Both the position numbers and the translations under genes were made by a program. Below the pieces are notes generated by a model. It did not search any database and was not told the DNA's origin. It was given only the letters and a program-made list of their open reading frames with translations. A stretch of DNA of 61,645 nucleotides, counting the filler, from Hausera hauseri (taxonomy: Eukaryota): assembly GCA_046269625.1 (NCBI GenBank). It is 10 parts of 10 records of this genome, joined end to end, with 100 filler letters (N's around TTAATTAATTAA, not from the genome) between each part and the next. Parts side by side here need not be neighbours in the genome. Positions count along the whole stretch, not along the records: positions 32,930 to 40,166 come from JBJURY010028671.1; positions 40,267 to 47,603 come from JBJURY010021674.1; positions 47,704 to 51,788 come from JBJURY010770760.1; 7 more parts are not named here. The stretch is one strand, 5' to 3'. How positions within the stretch are numbered: position 1 is the stretch's first letter; each line of letters begins with the position of its first letter. Shown here one piece after another: positions 34,177-50,499 of the stretch.

Positions 34177-37100
34177 CTTGTAGTACACAATCTGTATCAA
34201 CTGATCCTGTCTCTAGAAAGAAATCATATGATCTGTTTGTCATTTCTACGGATTCCAAATAACCTTGCGCTGTAATATTCGAACTTTCACATTCAATACT
34301 GCTTGATGACTCGGACCAACAATCAACTTTTCGTGTTTCCCCTGGAATTTCATCGATAAGATTTGACTGGATCACACACATATCATATGAGTCTTGTTTG
34401 GTGATCAAAGATTTATGACGTTGTTCCGGCGAGATGTATATATATTTTGAAACGTCACTCAAGTTGGATTCAGCACAAGTCTTACTGTTGAGGGTACAAT
34501 TATCGTTGGGAGAAAACCCAACTCTCGTTAACTCACATTTGGAAGGGTCTGCTTCAGATTGTTTAGCAACGAATGATGGGTTGCATATTGATGGTCTGTA
34601 GTTGTCAAATGGTATATCTAAACTACTACCATGGACCGATTTTGAACGAAATGACTTGTCTAAAACTTTGTTGTTGTGTTGTGTCAACACGCATGGCACG
34701 TCCAAAGATACTTTTTCATCGACGTCATGATCCTGTCCAATTCTACAATAATTCCCATATGAATGATCATTCTTCCCATTGGGTGATAATGTTTGGATAG
34801 TATGCGCATTATACACCCCTGTACCGATTGTGCTTTCCAGATATTTACAAGTCACATCTCCATTAGTCAATGATGCTGTTACATTTCTATATCGAATGGA
34901 GTTCTTTGGTATAAATGACGATTGAATTTTGTTGATTGTCGTTTTGATTTTGTTCCAGTCGATATCCTGACATGCTGTACAAGGACATTTGGCGTATATC
35001 TGCTTTGATTTTGTTGGAATCCAGTTATCTGAACTTGTATTATTTCCCTTATCATTTGTGGAAGGCAAAGGGCTATCAATTTGTATTGCAAAATCGCTGT
35101 GCGTTGTTGTTTGGTAGTTCCTTTCAAATTTCGTTGATCCGGTGCAAAATGATGAAATGGCACTGTTTATAAGTTGTAGAGTTAGTGTGTGCAACGATGG
35201 ATTTTCATTGGAACTCAGCGCAAAATCGAACAGAGAATCTCTATACCTTAAATCGCCTTCTTGGGTTATTTTACTGATTATCGATATGTCTGAGCTAACA
35301 TTCGACGAAATAGAATTCCGCTCACTATCATCATCAACCACTTCGTTAATCGTTTGAAGTTTAGACGAATTGACAGATGTACCTACGGTTGTGCTAGTTT
35401 TCATTGATGTCGAACAGAATGCTACGTTTCTACTAGTTATCAAACCCCCACTGACATCTGCATAGGACTGAGATGGGAATTTTATCGTACCACACAATGA
35501 ACAATTACTCTGATCTTTCAACGTCTCCAGCAAAGCACTAAGTTTCAGTTTTTCCACTTCTGACAATTCATCCGATACTTGACTGTTCATATCATTTACA
35601 ATTTGATCTTTTTCGAAATTATTCCTCATTGGATCTTCACTGTGAAACACAGCCGTTTTATAGAAAAAACATCTTTTATTAACTTCATCTAAAATCGACC
35701 CTTCTGATTTTGACTTTCTTATAATCCAAGATAGACTCATACAGTTGGAATTCTTAGTAACTGAAGGTTCTGGTTCTTTATCTTCTACTTCATAGTTTGT
35801 TAAAGTACCTGAAATCCTTTCAAACGAAGGTTTCAAATTGGGTGCATCACTAATGACAGAATCCGATTTTAATACCATATCATCATAGATGTTACTTACT
35901 TCCATTACGTATTCGGTAACTGGCTTCTGGCTGTGAAATCTCAACGACATATCGCTGGGATCTTCCATTTTCTCTGTCTCTTCGAGGTAGACTGATTTCA
36001 CCGCAATCTCAGCCGGACTGCGTTTTGTTTTATCTATTTCAATACTCAATGAGTAAATTCCAACATGGGCATTTGGATTTGGACTAGACATGGATCGATT
36101 GGTATGGATGGTTAAAACGTCATCAGCCACCTTTTCAGATTCACTCATCATATTGTCATCAAAGTCGTCTTTTTCAATAAATGGCGTGAGGGATTTTTCA
36201 GATAGTCGATCCAAAGTCGATGCGATCAAAATGCTTTCGTTTAGATCTTTTTCCGATTGCGGAACGTTTATATCTCTGACGTGACTTATCGTGACTAGGT
36301 CCGATGTCTCGCTTGGTATGTTGGTTAGAACCCTTTGGTCGGCTACCAAATGACTCTGTGTAGCTTTTGATGATTTCCTGCTTTGTTTATTTTGGTCGAA
36401 TTCCCTTTCATTACCTTTTATTGTACTGCTTGAATATTTCTCCACGATTGTGCTGGTTTGCGTATGGTCGGGTTCAGTGCTGACTTGTGGTGATAAATTG
36501 ACGCCAGTTAACGTAACAAGCAACATCTGGTCATTCTCGTTTTGTTCGTTCGGAATATTCGATAGAACTATTTGGTCTGATGCCAAGTGGCTCTGTGTGG
36601 CTATTGATGAACTTTTGCTTTGCTTATTTCGGTCTGATCTTCTTACACTTGAATATCTGTCTGAATGTCTACTAGTTCGCGCAGGATCCGGTCCAACACT
36701 GACCTGTGATAAATTAATGCCCGATACTTTAATGTGCACCGCATCTTCATTATCATTTTGTTCATTTGGAATGCTTGATTGAACTTTTTGGTTAGCTACC
36801 ACATGAATCTGTGTCGATGATGACTTCCTGCTTTGACTACTTTTACCTTTACCCTTTATTACTACACTTGATTGTCTCATGGAATTTTTGCTCATTCTTG
36901 AATGATCTAACTCAGCGCTGCCTTGTGGTAATACATTAACACCGGATAATTTATCAAACAACTCCTGGTCGTTCTCATTTTCCTCGTTTGGAACATTCGA
37001 TTGAACTAAATGAATCAGGGTCGCTTTTGATGATTTCTTGCTTTGTTTATTTTGAACTGATTCTCTTTCATGACCTTTCATCGTGCTTCTTGAACGCTTC

Positions 37101-40100
37101 TCTGACAGTTTACTAGTTCTCTCATGATCGGATTCTGCAGTAGCTTGAGGAGATATATTTATGCCGGACAATGTTTGATCATTTTCATTTTGTTCACTTG
37201 GAATATTCGAAAGTATCCTTGGCTGCACTACCAAATGACTCTGTTTCGCTTTTGATGATTTCCTACTCTTTTTATGTTGATCTGATCCTCTTCTGGAACT
37301 ACTTGAGTATCTCTCCGAAATTTTACTTGTTCGCGAATCATCTGGATCACTGCTGGTTTGTGGTGATGAACCCATACCAGATAATGTTACAACTAACGAA
37401 TGGTCGCTTTCCGTTCGGTCGTTTGGAAGACTCGATTGAACCCTTACGTTCGCTACGAAATGAATCTGTGTTGACTTCGATGATTTCCTTATTGATTTAC
37501 TTTGATCTGATTCTCTTTCAGTATCTTTTGCAGTGATACTTGAATATTTATCCACGTTACTCATTCGTGTTTCATCTGGTTCAATGCTAACGAGTTGTGG
37601 TGATACGTCAGTTCCGGAATACGTTATAACTAACGTCTGATCGGTTTCATTTGGTTCGATTACAATATTCGATAAAGCTCTCGGGGTATCTATCAAATGA
37701 ATCTGAGTCTCTTTGGACGATTTCCTTGATTGTCTTCCTTCATCTGATTCTCTTTCATCATCTCTATTTGTGCTATTTGAATGTTTCGTCGAAACTTTAC
37801 TTGTTCGCCTTTCATCTGGATCAGCGCTGCCTTGTGGTGACAGGTGAATACCAGATAGCGTAATTTGTAACATCTGGTCGTGTTCACTTGGTTTGTATTG
37901 ACTTTCATCTTCCGGAGTATTTGCCATGTTAGGCTTTATTTCATCTCTATTTGTGTTACTTGAATGTTTCGTCGAAACTTTACTTATTCGCCTTTCATCT
38001 GGATCAGCGCTGCCTTGTGGTGACAAGTGAATACCAGATAGCGTAATTTGTAACATCTGGTCGTGTTCACTTGGTTTGTATTGACTTTCGTCTTCCGGAG
38101 TATTTGCCATGTTAGGCTTTACTTCTGTTTTGATTTCCGAAAAGTTTTGATATGTAGAGCTACTGTGAGTTTCTGTAGTCTCTTTTACTTCACTGTGCTT
38201 AGATGTACTGGTTTCCATATCTCTCGGGAAAATGCTCACTGCTTCATTGTTCGGGTCTGTTTCATCTTGTTGACTAACGTGTTCTTCCACTTGGCTAAGG
38301 ATAACAGAGTAATTAACTTTATCATCATTAACTTCAATTATTTCCATAGAATCCTTTTCATTTCTAACTAATACATTAACTACATAATCTGATGATTCTT
38401 TACAGCTTTGTGGATCTTGATTAATAACGGTATCTTCGGAAATAACAATGACCGACAAACCTGAATCTTTTGTTGACTTCAATTCACTGAAGGCCTTCTT
38501 ATCACTTACCTTTAACTTTGCAGTTGTCTTCATTTGCGATTGTGGTGATGGTGATTCTGGACATTTTCTATCACAATTTGTTGTCTGTGGTTGCGGCTGT
38601 GGACATTTCTTCTCACAATTTGCTTTTTGTGGTTGCGGCTGTGAACATTTCTCATTATTTATTTGTTGTTGTTGTAATCGTGGTTGTGGACATTTCTTCT
38701 CACAATTTGAAGATTGTGGTTGTGGACATTTTCTCTCACAATTTGTTGGTTGTTGAGGTTGTGGTTGTGGACATTTCTTCTCACAATTTGAAGGTTGTGG
38801 TTGCGGACATTTTTTCTCGCAATTTTTGGCCGTGTCCTCGGTTTTTAAAGAAATCTCGAGAACCTTCTTAAATGGAAATTCATCCGGTTCTCCATCGTTG
38901 CTATTCGCACTTTGCCAGTCAGAATCGCTAGATTCATTCATATTTTTGTCTCGGGCATCTTTGTTATCTCCCACATTTATGGCAACTGAACTATACGATT
39001 CACTGGGTTCAGATATTTGTTTTGATTTTCGTTCACCTTGTATTGACGGACTCGATATTTCTTTTGGGAAAATGGAAAATTGCAATTTCTTTGTTTCGAA
39101 GTTTTCATAAACGACAAAATTTGGGCCTAACTTGCCATTATTAACATCTTCCTCTTCCGATTTGTCGTTGGTTTCGTTTTCGTCACCGTTCATTGTTACG
39201 TCAGTGACTTCACTTTGATTTTCGGCATTTTCAAAGTGTACTGAATGCGGTGTTTCGATGGGAACGAGAGATAGTTCATTCTTCGAAATGCGCAACGTAT
39301 GACTGGAACGATGAACTAAAATGCTTTCAATTGGTTTATGTACTCTGGTGTTGCCATCGGGCCCAAAAACCGAATCAGTTGGGTCGTTGAGCGAGTCGGT
39401 TCTTGGAAAGATTGCCGTACCGCTGTTAGCCGGTGTTGTGTTATTAGCTACATTTCTCACTTTATCGTTGATTTCAATCACAGAATATGTTGAATTTTCA
39501 GTTCGGTTTGATGGTAGATTGTCCAGGAACTTCGATTGAGATGTTGATGTTTTATCATTTCGATTGGATGCTAAAATCTCATTCATACGAGTATGTTGTG
39601 GGTTCCGTTTTATTTGGTTTCCGATAATGGTTTTGTCTATTTCGGTATCCGTGAAATAGCAAGACATGTCGTCGAGGTCTAGATTATCGGTACAGTCCGC
39701 AGCATTGTTTGATGAAACATTATGGTTCTTGATTTGAAATCGACATTCGGTTGTATCACTGAATACAGAAAGAGACAAATCGACGTCTCCACTATTGACA
39801 TGTTCTCTTTCAGTGTCGGATTCGATTTCAGAAAATTGTTCAATCGATTCACTATGATTATTACAGACGTCAGTATTATCCGACTCCATCCACGACGATG
39901 ATGATTTCTGTTCGTTTTTCTTCAACTTCTTCTTGTATGTCATTGCGTGAACTTGGAACACTTCTGAATATTGTCTATGGCTGTCATTGTCTGATATGGA
40001 ATTATTCATCCCATTGACTTGGAGTGACCAATTTTTGTTATCATCGCATCTCGAATTGGTTGTAAGTAACAGTTCGTCATCCATGGGATCTTGAACTTTC

Positions 40101-40109
40101 TGCGAGTAC
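34177..40109 (-). CDS. Giant (5933 nt) internal coding exon of a repetitive Ser/Glu/Lys/Asn-rich protein (ORF 34169-40084, 1971 aa)
   Basis: Uninterrupted frame; acceptor TTTTATTTTCAATGGTTTAG ending at 40110 and donor AAG|GTATGT at 34177/34176 bracket the ORF. Confidence 0.85.
36300..38121 (-). repeat. Coding tandem repeats: near-identical 183-nt (61-aa) duplication at ~37756-38121 and several degenerate ~75-80-aa units
   Basis: KPNMANTPEDESQYKPSEHDQMLQITLSGIHLSPQGSADPDERR occurs twice; recurring SKxTQxHLV...SNIPxE.NE.DQ...LSG.N.SPQ. Confidence 0.85.
38540..38830 (-). repeat. Coding repeat (N)CEKKCPQPQ, about 7 copies
   Basis: Direct from the translation of the 1971-aa ORF. Confidence 0.9.
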
Positions 40110-40266
40110 CTAAACCATTGAAAATAAAATGTAAATAAAGCAACGATTATGCAATCTGAAATAGAGNNNNNNNNNNNNNNNNNNNNNNNNNNNNNNNNNN
40201 NNNNNNNNNNTTAATTAATTAANNNNNNNNNNNNNNNNNNNNNNNNNNNNNNNNNNNNNNNNNNNN

Positions 40267-40869
40267 AACTTATAAGTATGATTATTCAAACACTTAACAA
40301 GGATAATCAACAAAATACAAGACAAAGTGACTATAAAGACCAATTAGTAGAAGATATTTTATATGAGTACTATAGGATAATCGATTTAATTCAAACTATG
40401 ATACATGAAGTAGATAATGCAGAAGTTAATGAAAAAATGTACATATTTTTGTCAATACCAATCACACGCGAAGCTATAGCTAAAGAACAGGCCAAGGATG
40501 ACGAAATTCGTAAAATCCGTAATAGCTTAAACAAAGAAGGAGCAAAAATAAATATAAAATGGGAAGGGGATGGTTTAGAAATAATTTTGTCAATAGTGTC
40601 AATTGTGGGTGAAGAATCCATGCAACCACGGGTACGAATGTGTACTTGAATAATATATTGGTTTGAAGGAACAGAAAGGTTCTGAAAATTGATATTAATT
40701 ATAGGTAGGCTGTTGCACGTAAGATAAAAGTCAGAAATATTAGCGTAGTGTAGTACATAATTGTACAAGGAATATGCGTTTATAAAATACGTTGTATTGA
40801 GTGTGAGTAATTGGCAATTATTTAAGAAGAATGAAAAGGAGAGTTGGTGTTGGCCCTAGTGGTGACACA
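40267..40869 (+). mobile_element. LTR retrotransposon remnant (pol linker fragment, purine tract, possible LTR)
   Basis: ITREAIAKEQAKDDEIRKI resembles the pre-integrase segment of Gypsy pol; GGGAAGGGGA at 40561-40570 is followed by a TG...CA interval containing TATAAAA. Confidence 0.35.
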
Positions 40870-41569
40870 AGACCGTAGCGTAGCACCCACTGACATTGGA
40901 CAAACGGTTGGGCATTCAATCACGCTATGATGTACCCTAGAATATAGGGTGATTGGGTCCCCTCCGATTAGTCCAGTCAGAAAGGTATTTTACTTCATTA
41001 GTCCAATCGTATTTCCATTAGGAAAGGTAAGTAACGGGATAGTATCAGTAGAAACCTTCCTAAAGCCTTACTTAATAATGTACATGTAGTGTAGATGGAA
41101 ATTAGGCGATGCTGAAATAATAAAAGTATGGACATATCTGGCAGGTGTCGTTGACGCATGAATATCGAACATTCCATGGGACAAAAGAAAAAAATTTCAA
41201 AAAAAATTTCCAGATGACAAAAGGATTTTATCAGATAAAAAATTTGAAACATTCGGTGCAAAATCATTGTTACCAAGAAGATTACCAGCGATAGAAAGCG
41301 ATACTTTAATAAATTCGAGAAGGAAAATTCTGAATGAAGTGAAAATTTCTATCAATCACAAGAGAAATATACGAATTCGGAAAATAAATAAATTAGTGAC
41401 TTTGAACAAATTGACGCGAAAGATATTGCGATGGTAAAATTGATTGGGGTAATAAACATCCATAGTAAATCGGCATGCAAAAAATGGCAACAGCAAAAAA
41501 GAAAATGTATTAATAAAGTGTATGAAAAAAAGAAGTGCCGACAAATTTACACAAATACCCAATCTTACC

Positions 41570-44263
41570 ACATAGTGCGTCAGTTTCATCCATAGGTACC
41601 GCGTAGAGTTGTCCTTATAGATCGTAGATGGCCCTAGTGGTATCTGACGTTGTGAATTAGCCAGGTCAACTAACAGTTTGCCGCCTTGATTATTCATCTG
41701 AATATCTCGAGAAGGCGAGAAAGCGTGTTGATCTCCTTCAACATAATTTAGTTTATGAATAACTTTATAATATCTTCTTCTAACTGTGCAGGTATTTGAG
41801 ACGATTTTCGACCAATCTTTGTGTGAAGTAGATTTGAAATTTTCTCTTGGTTTACGTTCAAGTTGAGCAACAATAGGATTACCAGGATTTGGGCGACCTA
41901 TAGTTTTCAAAAGTAAATCTGAGTCCTAGGAGTCTAAGCGAATCACAGTGACCTTGTTTCACAATTTACTCAGAGTTCATGTCCATTTGACCATCAACTG
42001 AATCACCAAGCGTTACCGAAGATCCTTTGTGATTAAGATTTAAATACATAAGCCAGGTTTCCTCAAACATGTCGATTAATCCATCCAATATTATTTAGAA
42101 TAGTTTGTGCAATGAGAAGATCGTCACGATTCAATTTTGACAAACAGTTCAGTTCCAACTCTTCGCGGTTTATTACACAATGCATGTGTTTATTCGCTGT
42201 TGTTCCAATCTTTTACATACTTTGGATTTCTTGTATATGTAATAGAATAAGGCAATCGAGCAACAGTTATGACAGCTGATCTTAACTATTTCTGAAGTTT
42301 CGTCATTGAGCAACCATCAGATGAGAAATGAAATTTGAAAATTTGTATGATTTGTGATATAACGTGTATAGTAATGGCTGCTTCTTTCATGGGAATGTTG
42401 TTTGCAAGTTGGCAAGATTTTTCATAACTTCAAATGCCAGATGAAAGTTACCAAAGCAGAATATTATTAAAGTTAATAATTCTTCAATAAGAATCCTAGA
42501 ACACGTTTCATTAGATAAAATAACAATAGAAGAAAGACGTTCTATTAGTTTGATAATATTGTAACCAACGTCTATTGACACCGGTAATGAAACTGTCAAT
42601 TGGCAACCAAGACTAAGGTAGTCATTTAAACCACTTATCACACCAATCAAAGTACCTAAATTGAGGTTACGAAAATCATTGTTCGTAAGAGATATGTTCA
42701 TTTCATTTAGCTTCCTTTCAACTTCTTGAAATAGACGTTTTCCCCCAGACGAAAAATGAGATCAATTTGAACTCCTTCTGGAACGAACCCACCACCATAT
42801 CTCAAGAATCCCAAACGTATGCACTCCTGTATAAATCTTGGAGGTAAATTCATCAGCCCTTTAGTTTCATCTATATTTGAATTAGAAACTAAATCAGTTT
42901 TTGATCGAGCTTCAGCGGAAGATATCGTAATTCCAAAAATATCTTCCACATCTTTGCTACTGCCACCGTAAAGTAAACGTGGGCAGAGCCTAACGTCTTA
43001 ATCATGATTCTGGAAAGAATTCTGGAGGGTGATATCTGACGAACATGAACTCTGAGATGTTAGGGGATCTATCATGTTACTTGCAATTGATTTATTTTCT
43101 TCAACAAGATTTTTGCCTTTATACTTCACAATTATGAACCTACTTGGTAAGATATGATGCAATTTCAAACTGGCCACTATTTCGTCAACTTCACCATCAG
43201 AATGGGATTTGCTCCTGCAATTTCCCAGGTAATTCAACCTACTGCGAATAACCGACTCGATATTGATGGTAGTAATTAGTGACATTTTGTTCGTGTCAAA
43301 CTTTTCATTGACGAAAATACGGACAATATCAATAGAACAGTCCAAATGTAGATTTTCTAAAATATACAGCCACTTCATGAATACTTTCTGACTGCTAATT
43401 ATTTCGGCAGAATATATGAAAGACATTGATAGAAATCTATCGCTAAGTTCCATTTCCTGAAAAATTATCCTAAGAATATTTGCAACTTCACTGTTATCAT
43501 GAAGAGAAACAATGAGCAGAAAATTATTTTCAACAACTTGAGACAGCGGTTTTGTAACTCATATTGTCTGCTTTTAATACAAACCGACTCTTCTGAATAA
43601 GAACATTTTTGCAAAGCTTTGAGTACATTGCAGGCGATATACAATCATTCGAAATATCCATGGTGTCCAGAGAGTACGCAAATTTTAATTCAATCCACAT
43701 TATAATTGCAATATGACTTTGGCTCACAGATTCGGATGTAATCTGCAGAGCCCAATTATATGAATTAAGTACAGTTGTAAAATTTTCAAAAACTCGATTG
43801 AAAAATTCATTTCTTCCCGACACGGTGTCATCAATTTCAACCAAAATACATTTGTAATCTCTAAGATAATCAAATTTATTAATTGTCACAACTTTTAGGC
43901 AGTGGAATGATATTTAAGTGAAAGAAACAATTCCAATACGTATCCAATACGATTTTGAATTGTTTTTGTTCGATAGGGATCAGCATGATTCTTCAAAAAT
44001 TCCGTTGAATCAAAGTGACACGGTTTTTTTAAACGATTCATAAAAGCCACTTGATACTCGTTCATAGCAAAATCCGCTTGAATTTTACGATTATCATTGT
44101 TGTCATTCTTCTGACACCATTGTAGTTTCGGTGTTAAGTAAGAACTTGTAAAAATTTCCATTACTGCAAATCGTAGAAAAACAACTGAACAAAAAATACC
44201 GTTTATTTCAAAATTTCTAAAATAAATTCTATTATCTTTTTGCTGTATTAAACTTTGCTGCAA
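41570..44263 (-). pseudogene. Disrupted gene, tentatively a highly divergent pecanex-like C-terminal region
   Basis: Tiled minus-strand ORFs with weak colinear similarity to remembered pecanex motifs: NDCISPAMYSKLCKN, CFGNFHL, LLIAQ.....GW...V.GN, VTVIRLD, LLVDLANSQRQIPLG. Confidence 0.4.
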
Positions 44264-44935
44264 AATTAATTAGAACAAATTAAAGTATAAATATAACAAA
44301 GTTAAATATCATCAAAAGTTGTCTCAATATTTAAACATTCTACATTTTTTATAAAAGGTTGTAAGCAGAGGGTAAAACTCTGAAATCGCTATGTTCTTTC
44401 TGTTTAAATTTTAAATTCAAGGTAAACAAATTAGAAAAATGAGAATTCCAAATAGATCCAGTGAATTCGGATTGGGGTCATGTTTCAGGATACACAACGT
44501 CCAATTTGAAAATACAAGTAATCGTTGACTCTTTTTGGAATCGTTGCAGATCGTTGACTCAACATTCTGTGTAACTACAGATCGACGGGATCAGTGCCGG
44601 CAGTGAACGGCAGTGGGTTATCGACTGCAGATTATCGGGCATTTATTGAATGGTTGACCCATTTGAGGCTAGGAAAAGTCTCGTAATACTATTTGCCGTT
44701 TCGAACTAAGATGTCGTGAAGCTGGTATGGGAATGTAACCGGCGTTAGTTAGAGTAACTTCTGTTATTAGTCCAATCATGCTCTGATTGTCAGATGGCGT
44801 ACTTTGTAACGATATCGGAAAGTATGTAATAGAAAATTCGTACATATCTGGTTTGTTGTGCGTGAATATGCAATCTTCGTTTACATCAACGTTTTTTGGC
44901 ATCTTTCGGATACCCCGCACGTAAATCGACTACAC

Positions 44936-45185
44936 TGTGTTGATAACCACGTGTATGTTAAAAAGAATTCGCAAATACTTTGGAAAATACAAAAATACAG
45001 TCGTATTATTGGATCCTTCACTGACATTCTTATTTTGCTCTTTCAAAATAATTTTCATAGCTATATTCTAGCACGATGGGACAAAACGGTAAAAGTGCAT
45101 CAAATCGTCGTAAATTACAAAAACAAATAAAAACAAAGGAGGAAAACAATAACAGTGTATTTACAAGTCCTTGTTGGACAAAACA
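44936..45185 (-). repeat. Probable 3' LTR of the minus-strand Gypsy element
   Basis: On the minus strand GGGCGGGGGG (PPT-like) precedes TGTTTTG...CAACACA, downstream of the integrase. Confidence 0.55.
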
Positions 45186-45649
45186 TGGCCCCCCGCCCGT
45201 GCCAAAGCGCCGACTAGAGAGATAAGAAAGTAGAAAATGTGTGGAAACGGTGTAGGCTGTCTAAGTGGCCTGTGTGTGAATAAAATGTTAAACTTCTGCA
45301 GTGTTAATCTACTTACTATAGGTACCAAATGTCACGAACTTGCGATTTTTCAATGTCATTGGATCTGGTTGATGAGTTGATGGAGGTAAAAAAAATGACG
45401 AATGTCGTGGTGTAAGGTGTTGTGTCGTTCAAGGACGAAAAAGGAGCTGTAGAAGGAAATGCAGGAAAAAAGAAGGACAGGTTGTAAGGTTGGGAGAAGG
45501 GGTTTTAAGAGTAGGTTCTAGTAAAGGAGTAGGAATAGGGGTCGGAACGGAAGGCGGTGCAGGGGTGGTAGAAACTGTAAGGGGAAAAGCGGAGGAGTTA
45601 AAATGGCAGTAGAAGGTTCAAATTGAAGGCTATAGTCCACGAAAAATGC

Positions 45650-47346
45650 AGGTTTGACGTTGGTGATATGCACCGAAAGTTCCTTACCGTTTGTAGAAAT
45701 AATGGCGTTGTGGGAGTGTAATTGGGCAAATTTGTAAGGCCCAAAATACCGTGGTTAAAAATCGCACGGCGTTTGATTTTTTAGGCAAGCGAATTTTGCC
45801 CAATACAAGTCTTCAGGTAAATATGTTTTGTCTTTGTGAAGTAACATGTAGAACGAATCTTTACTGATCGTAACAAAGTAATTTTGCGCTGCCCGTATCG
45901 TTTCATCTGTAGGAGTGTCGTCTAGGGCAGCAAGTTCGAATAATGACAGTACAGGAGCGCCGAATAAGGCTTCAGTGGGTGAACAGCCGTTAGAAGTAGA
46001 TGGAGTGTTCCTCCAGCCAAGCAGAACAAACGGAAGAAGATTCGTCCAACTAGTGTTTGACTCTGCAAGGATTCTTAGTGATGTTTTCAATGTTTGGTGG
46101 TAACGTTCTAAAAGGCCATTTGATTGGAGGTGATAAGGCGTAGTATGTATGTGCTGGATCCTCAGTCGGTTAACAAGAAATTTGAACAGGTTGGATTCAA
46201 ACTGTGGACCCTGGTCCGTGATGATGAAACGAGTTGATCCAAACCTACTAATCCATGTACGAATGAAAACGTCAGCTACGGTGTCGGTATTTGTGCTCCG
46301 TAGAGGGGTAATTTCTGGCCATCGCGAGGAATGGTCCATAATGGTGAGAATAAATTGATGACCGTTGTCCAGAAGAAGAGGGCCGACGATGTCAATATGC
46401 ACAGATTCAAAACGCGATGTGCATGGAAAGTAAAATAGGGGTGGCTTTAAATGTTTAGTTGTTTTGTATTTTTGGCAGGCAACACACTCCTTAACTCCGG
46501 TTTGCACATCGGAACGCTTTGACGGCCAAATTACTTGTCGGAGGAGTAAACGAAAAGTGGTTTTAGAGCCAGAGTTGTGTAGCGAATGTACACTGTTAAA
46601 CGCTTGCCATTGTAAAGATGGTGAGAGAATTATTACGGAATGACCTGGTTTGGAAGTGTCTAAAGCCACGCCGTCAACAATTGTGCAAGACTTAAAAGAA
46701 TTAAGCATGTCGTGAGGTGGTTGGTTCTGTTGGAGTTGTATTTGAGTGAAGATTGGTGAAAAATTAATCGAACCAACTGTCCTAGATAAGAAATCCGTAA
46801 CTAAATTATTGACACCGTTAATATGTTTTATGTCGAAGTTAAATGTTGACAGATATGATATCTGTCGTTTTTGGCGTGAGGAAGGATGTTTCATAGCCAT
46901 GATATTTAGCAAGGGTTTGTGATCGGTCTGTGTGATAAAACGGCGAGCGACAAGTAGGTGGGAGAAATGCTTTAAAGCGAGTACGATAGCAAATAATTCT
47001 CGATCGAACGTTGGATATCTAGTTTCAGGGATGTTAACTTACGAGAGAAAAATTCTAGCGGTTGATTGTCTCCTTTGTGTATTTGGTAAATCACAGCACT
47101 TACCGAGATGGTTGAAGTGTCTGTAGTAAGGATCAGTTCCGCATCAGACCTGGGGAAGGCGAGAATGTCGACGGTCTTCATTCCATTGCGTAGCTTATCA
47201 AACTTATCAACCAGGTCAGGTGTCCACTGAATTGGATGATGTTTTTTGCCGCCACTTAAGTGAGCAAATGGTGCGGTAAGTTCAGAGCAGTACGGTATAT
47301 ATTTGTGAACGAAGTGCAAAGTTCCCAATGTTGGCAGCGGGGGCAT
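45650..47346 (-). pseudogene. pol: Gypsy pol fragment (RT thumb, RNase H, integrase)
   Basis: LILTTDTS, PLEFFSRKL, TDHKPL, H...CVAC, VHIDIVGPL, ITDQGPQFES, TTPYHLQSNGLLER, GPY. Confidence 0.93.
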
Positions 47347-48207
47347 CCACGCCGTCCACCTCGTCGCCCAGCTAAGGTAGAATTGGAAAATCCATGTCCC
47401 CTGGTCTGTCCGCTGAATCAGAATTTGATTATTTGTAATTGCTCATCGAAAAGTAACAATAATTGTTGAAAATTTTTATTGAAATCCAAATTATTTATTT
47501 TGGAACAAATTTTCCAAATTCATATTAGATTTTTAATATTACATTTTCAAATTAAAGTTTTAATTTAAATTTAAAAATGTTTCTAATTTAAATTCAGAAT
47601 TTCNNNNNNNNNNNNNNNNNNNNNNNNNNNNNNNNNNNNNNNNNNNNTTAATTAATTAANNNNNNNNNNNNNNNNNNNNNNNNNNNNNNNNNNNNNNNNN
47701 NNNGGTCATTTTATCTGATCTATACGAAGCTGAATATGACAAAAAATTTTGCTTTGTTTTAATTTTCGTGATGTTAAAGTTTGGTGGTTACGCGTTTTAA
47801 AAAAAGGACATGGATTGAAAACTGTATATTATTTTGAATTTTGAAAAGGGACGATAATTGAATTTTTTGAATTTGAAAAACAATAAAATATTGCTGACTA
47901 TTCCAATTGAATTTTAGTTCGTTTGCATACAAAGTATCGAATGGATTTATTGCTGAAGACGCGAGACCACAAAGTTCCTTTTTACCACCAGTCCGATCAC
48001 TTGTTTCAGGGAACCTTTTGTAAGCGCCCGTACTGGCCTGGGTGAATGGTGTGTTGTATGAGGAATCCGTATTATGCGTGTAGAGTAAAAATTTAAGAAA
48101 ACCCAATCTCACAGACCGATCAGCTAGATAATGTTTATGAACAAGACTCACTAAAGGCATCGAGATGCTCCTCGGACAGGTCGGGCGATGTATTAAACAG
48201 ATGAACA

Positions 48208-50174
<1,967 letters not shown>

Positions 50175-50499
50175 ATGGTAACAATTTCCAATTTAAAGGA
50201 TTTCACGAAAGCTCCGTAGCTTTTCCTATAGCAAAAGTCTGGATTGAACGATAATCACATCCCATTTTCAAGAGTACTGGAATAAAACCACCCGTTATAA
50301 GAAAAAATCGGATTTTTACTTTCCGAATGGTAAAAAAATGTTACACCACAGGCACTAATTCTCATTCTTTTATGGATTAATTTTAGGGCCAAGGTTTTTG
50401 GTTTCTTTCTTTAACTCTGATTATTTTAGCCCTGAAGCTATTGAGGACAGCTATGACATACGGCGAATTCGCTTCATTGTCCGTGTATTCATGATCAGT

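Noticed and set aside
34573-39539. Plus-strand and alternate-frame ORFs inside the giant exon, including Cys/Gly-rich 38448-38756
   Set aside because: Shadows of the 1971-aa frame and its repeats.
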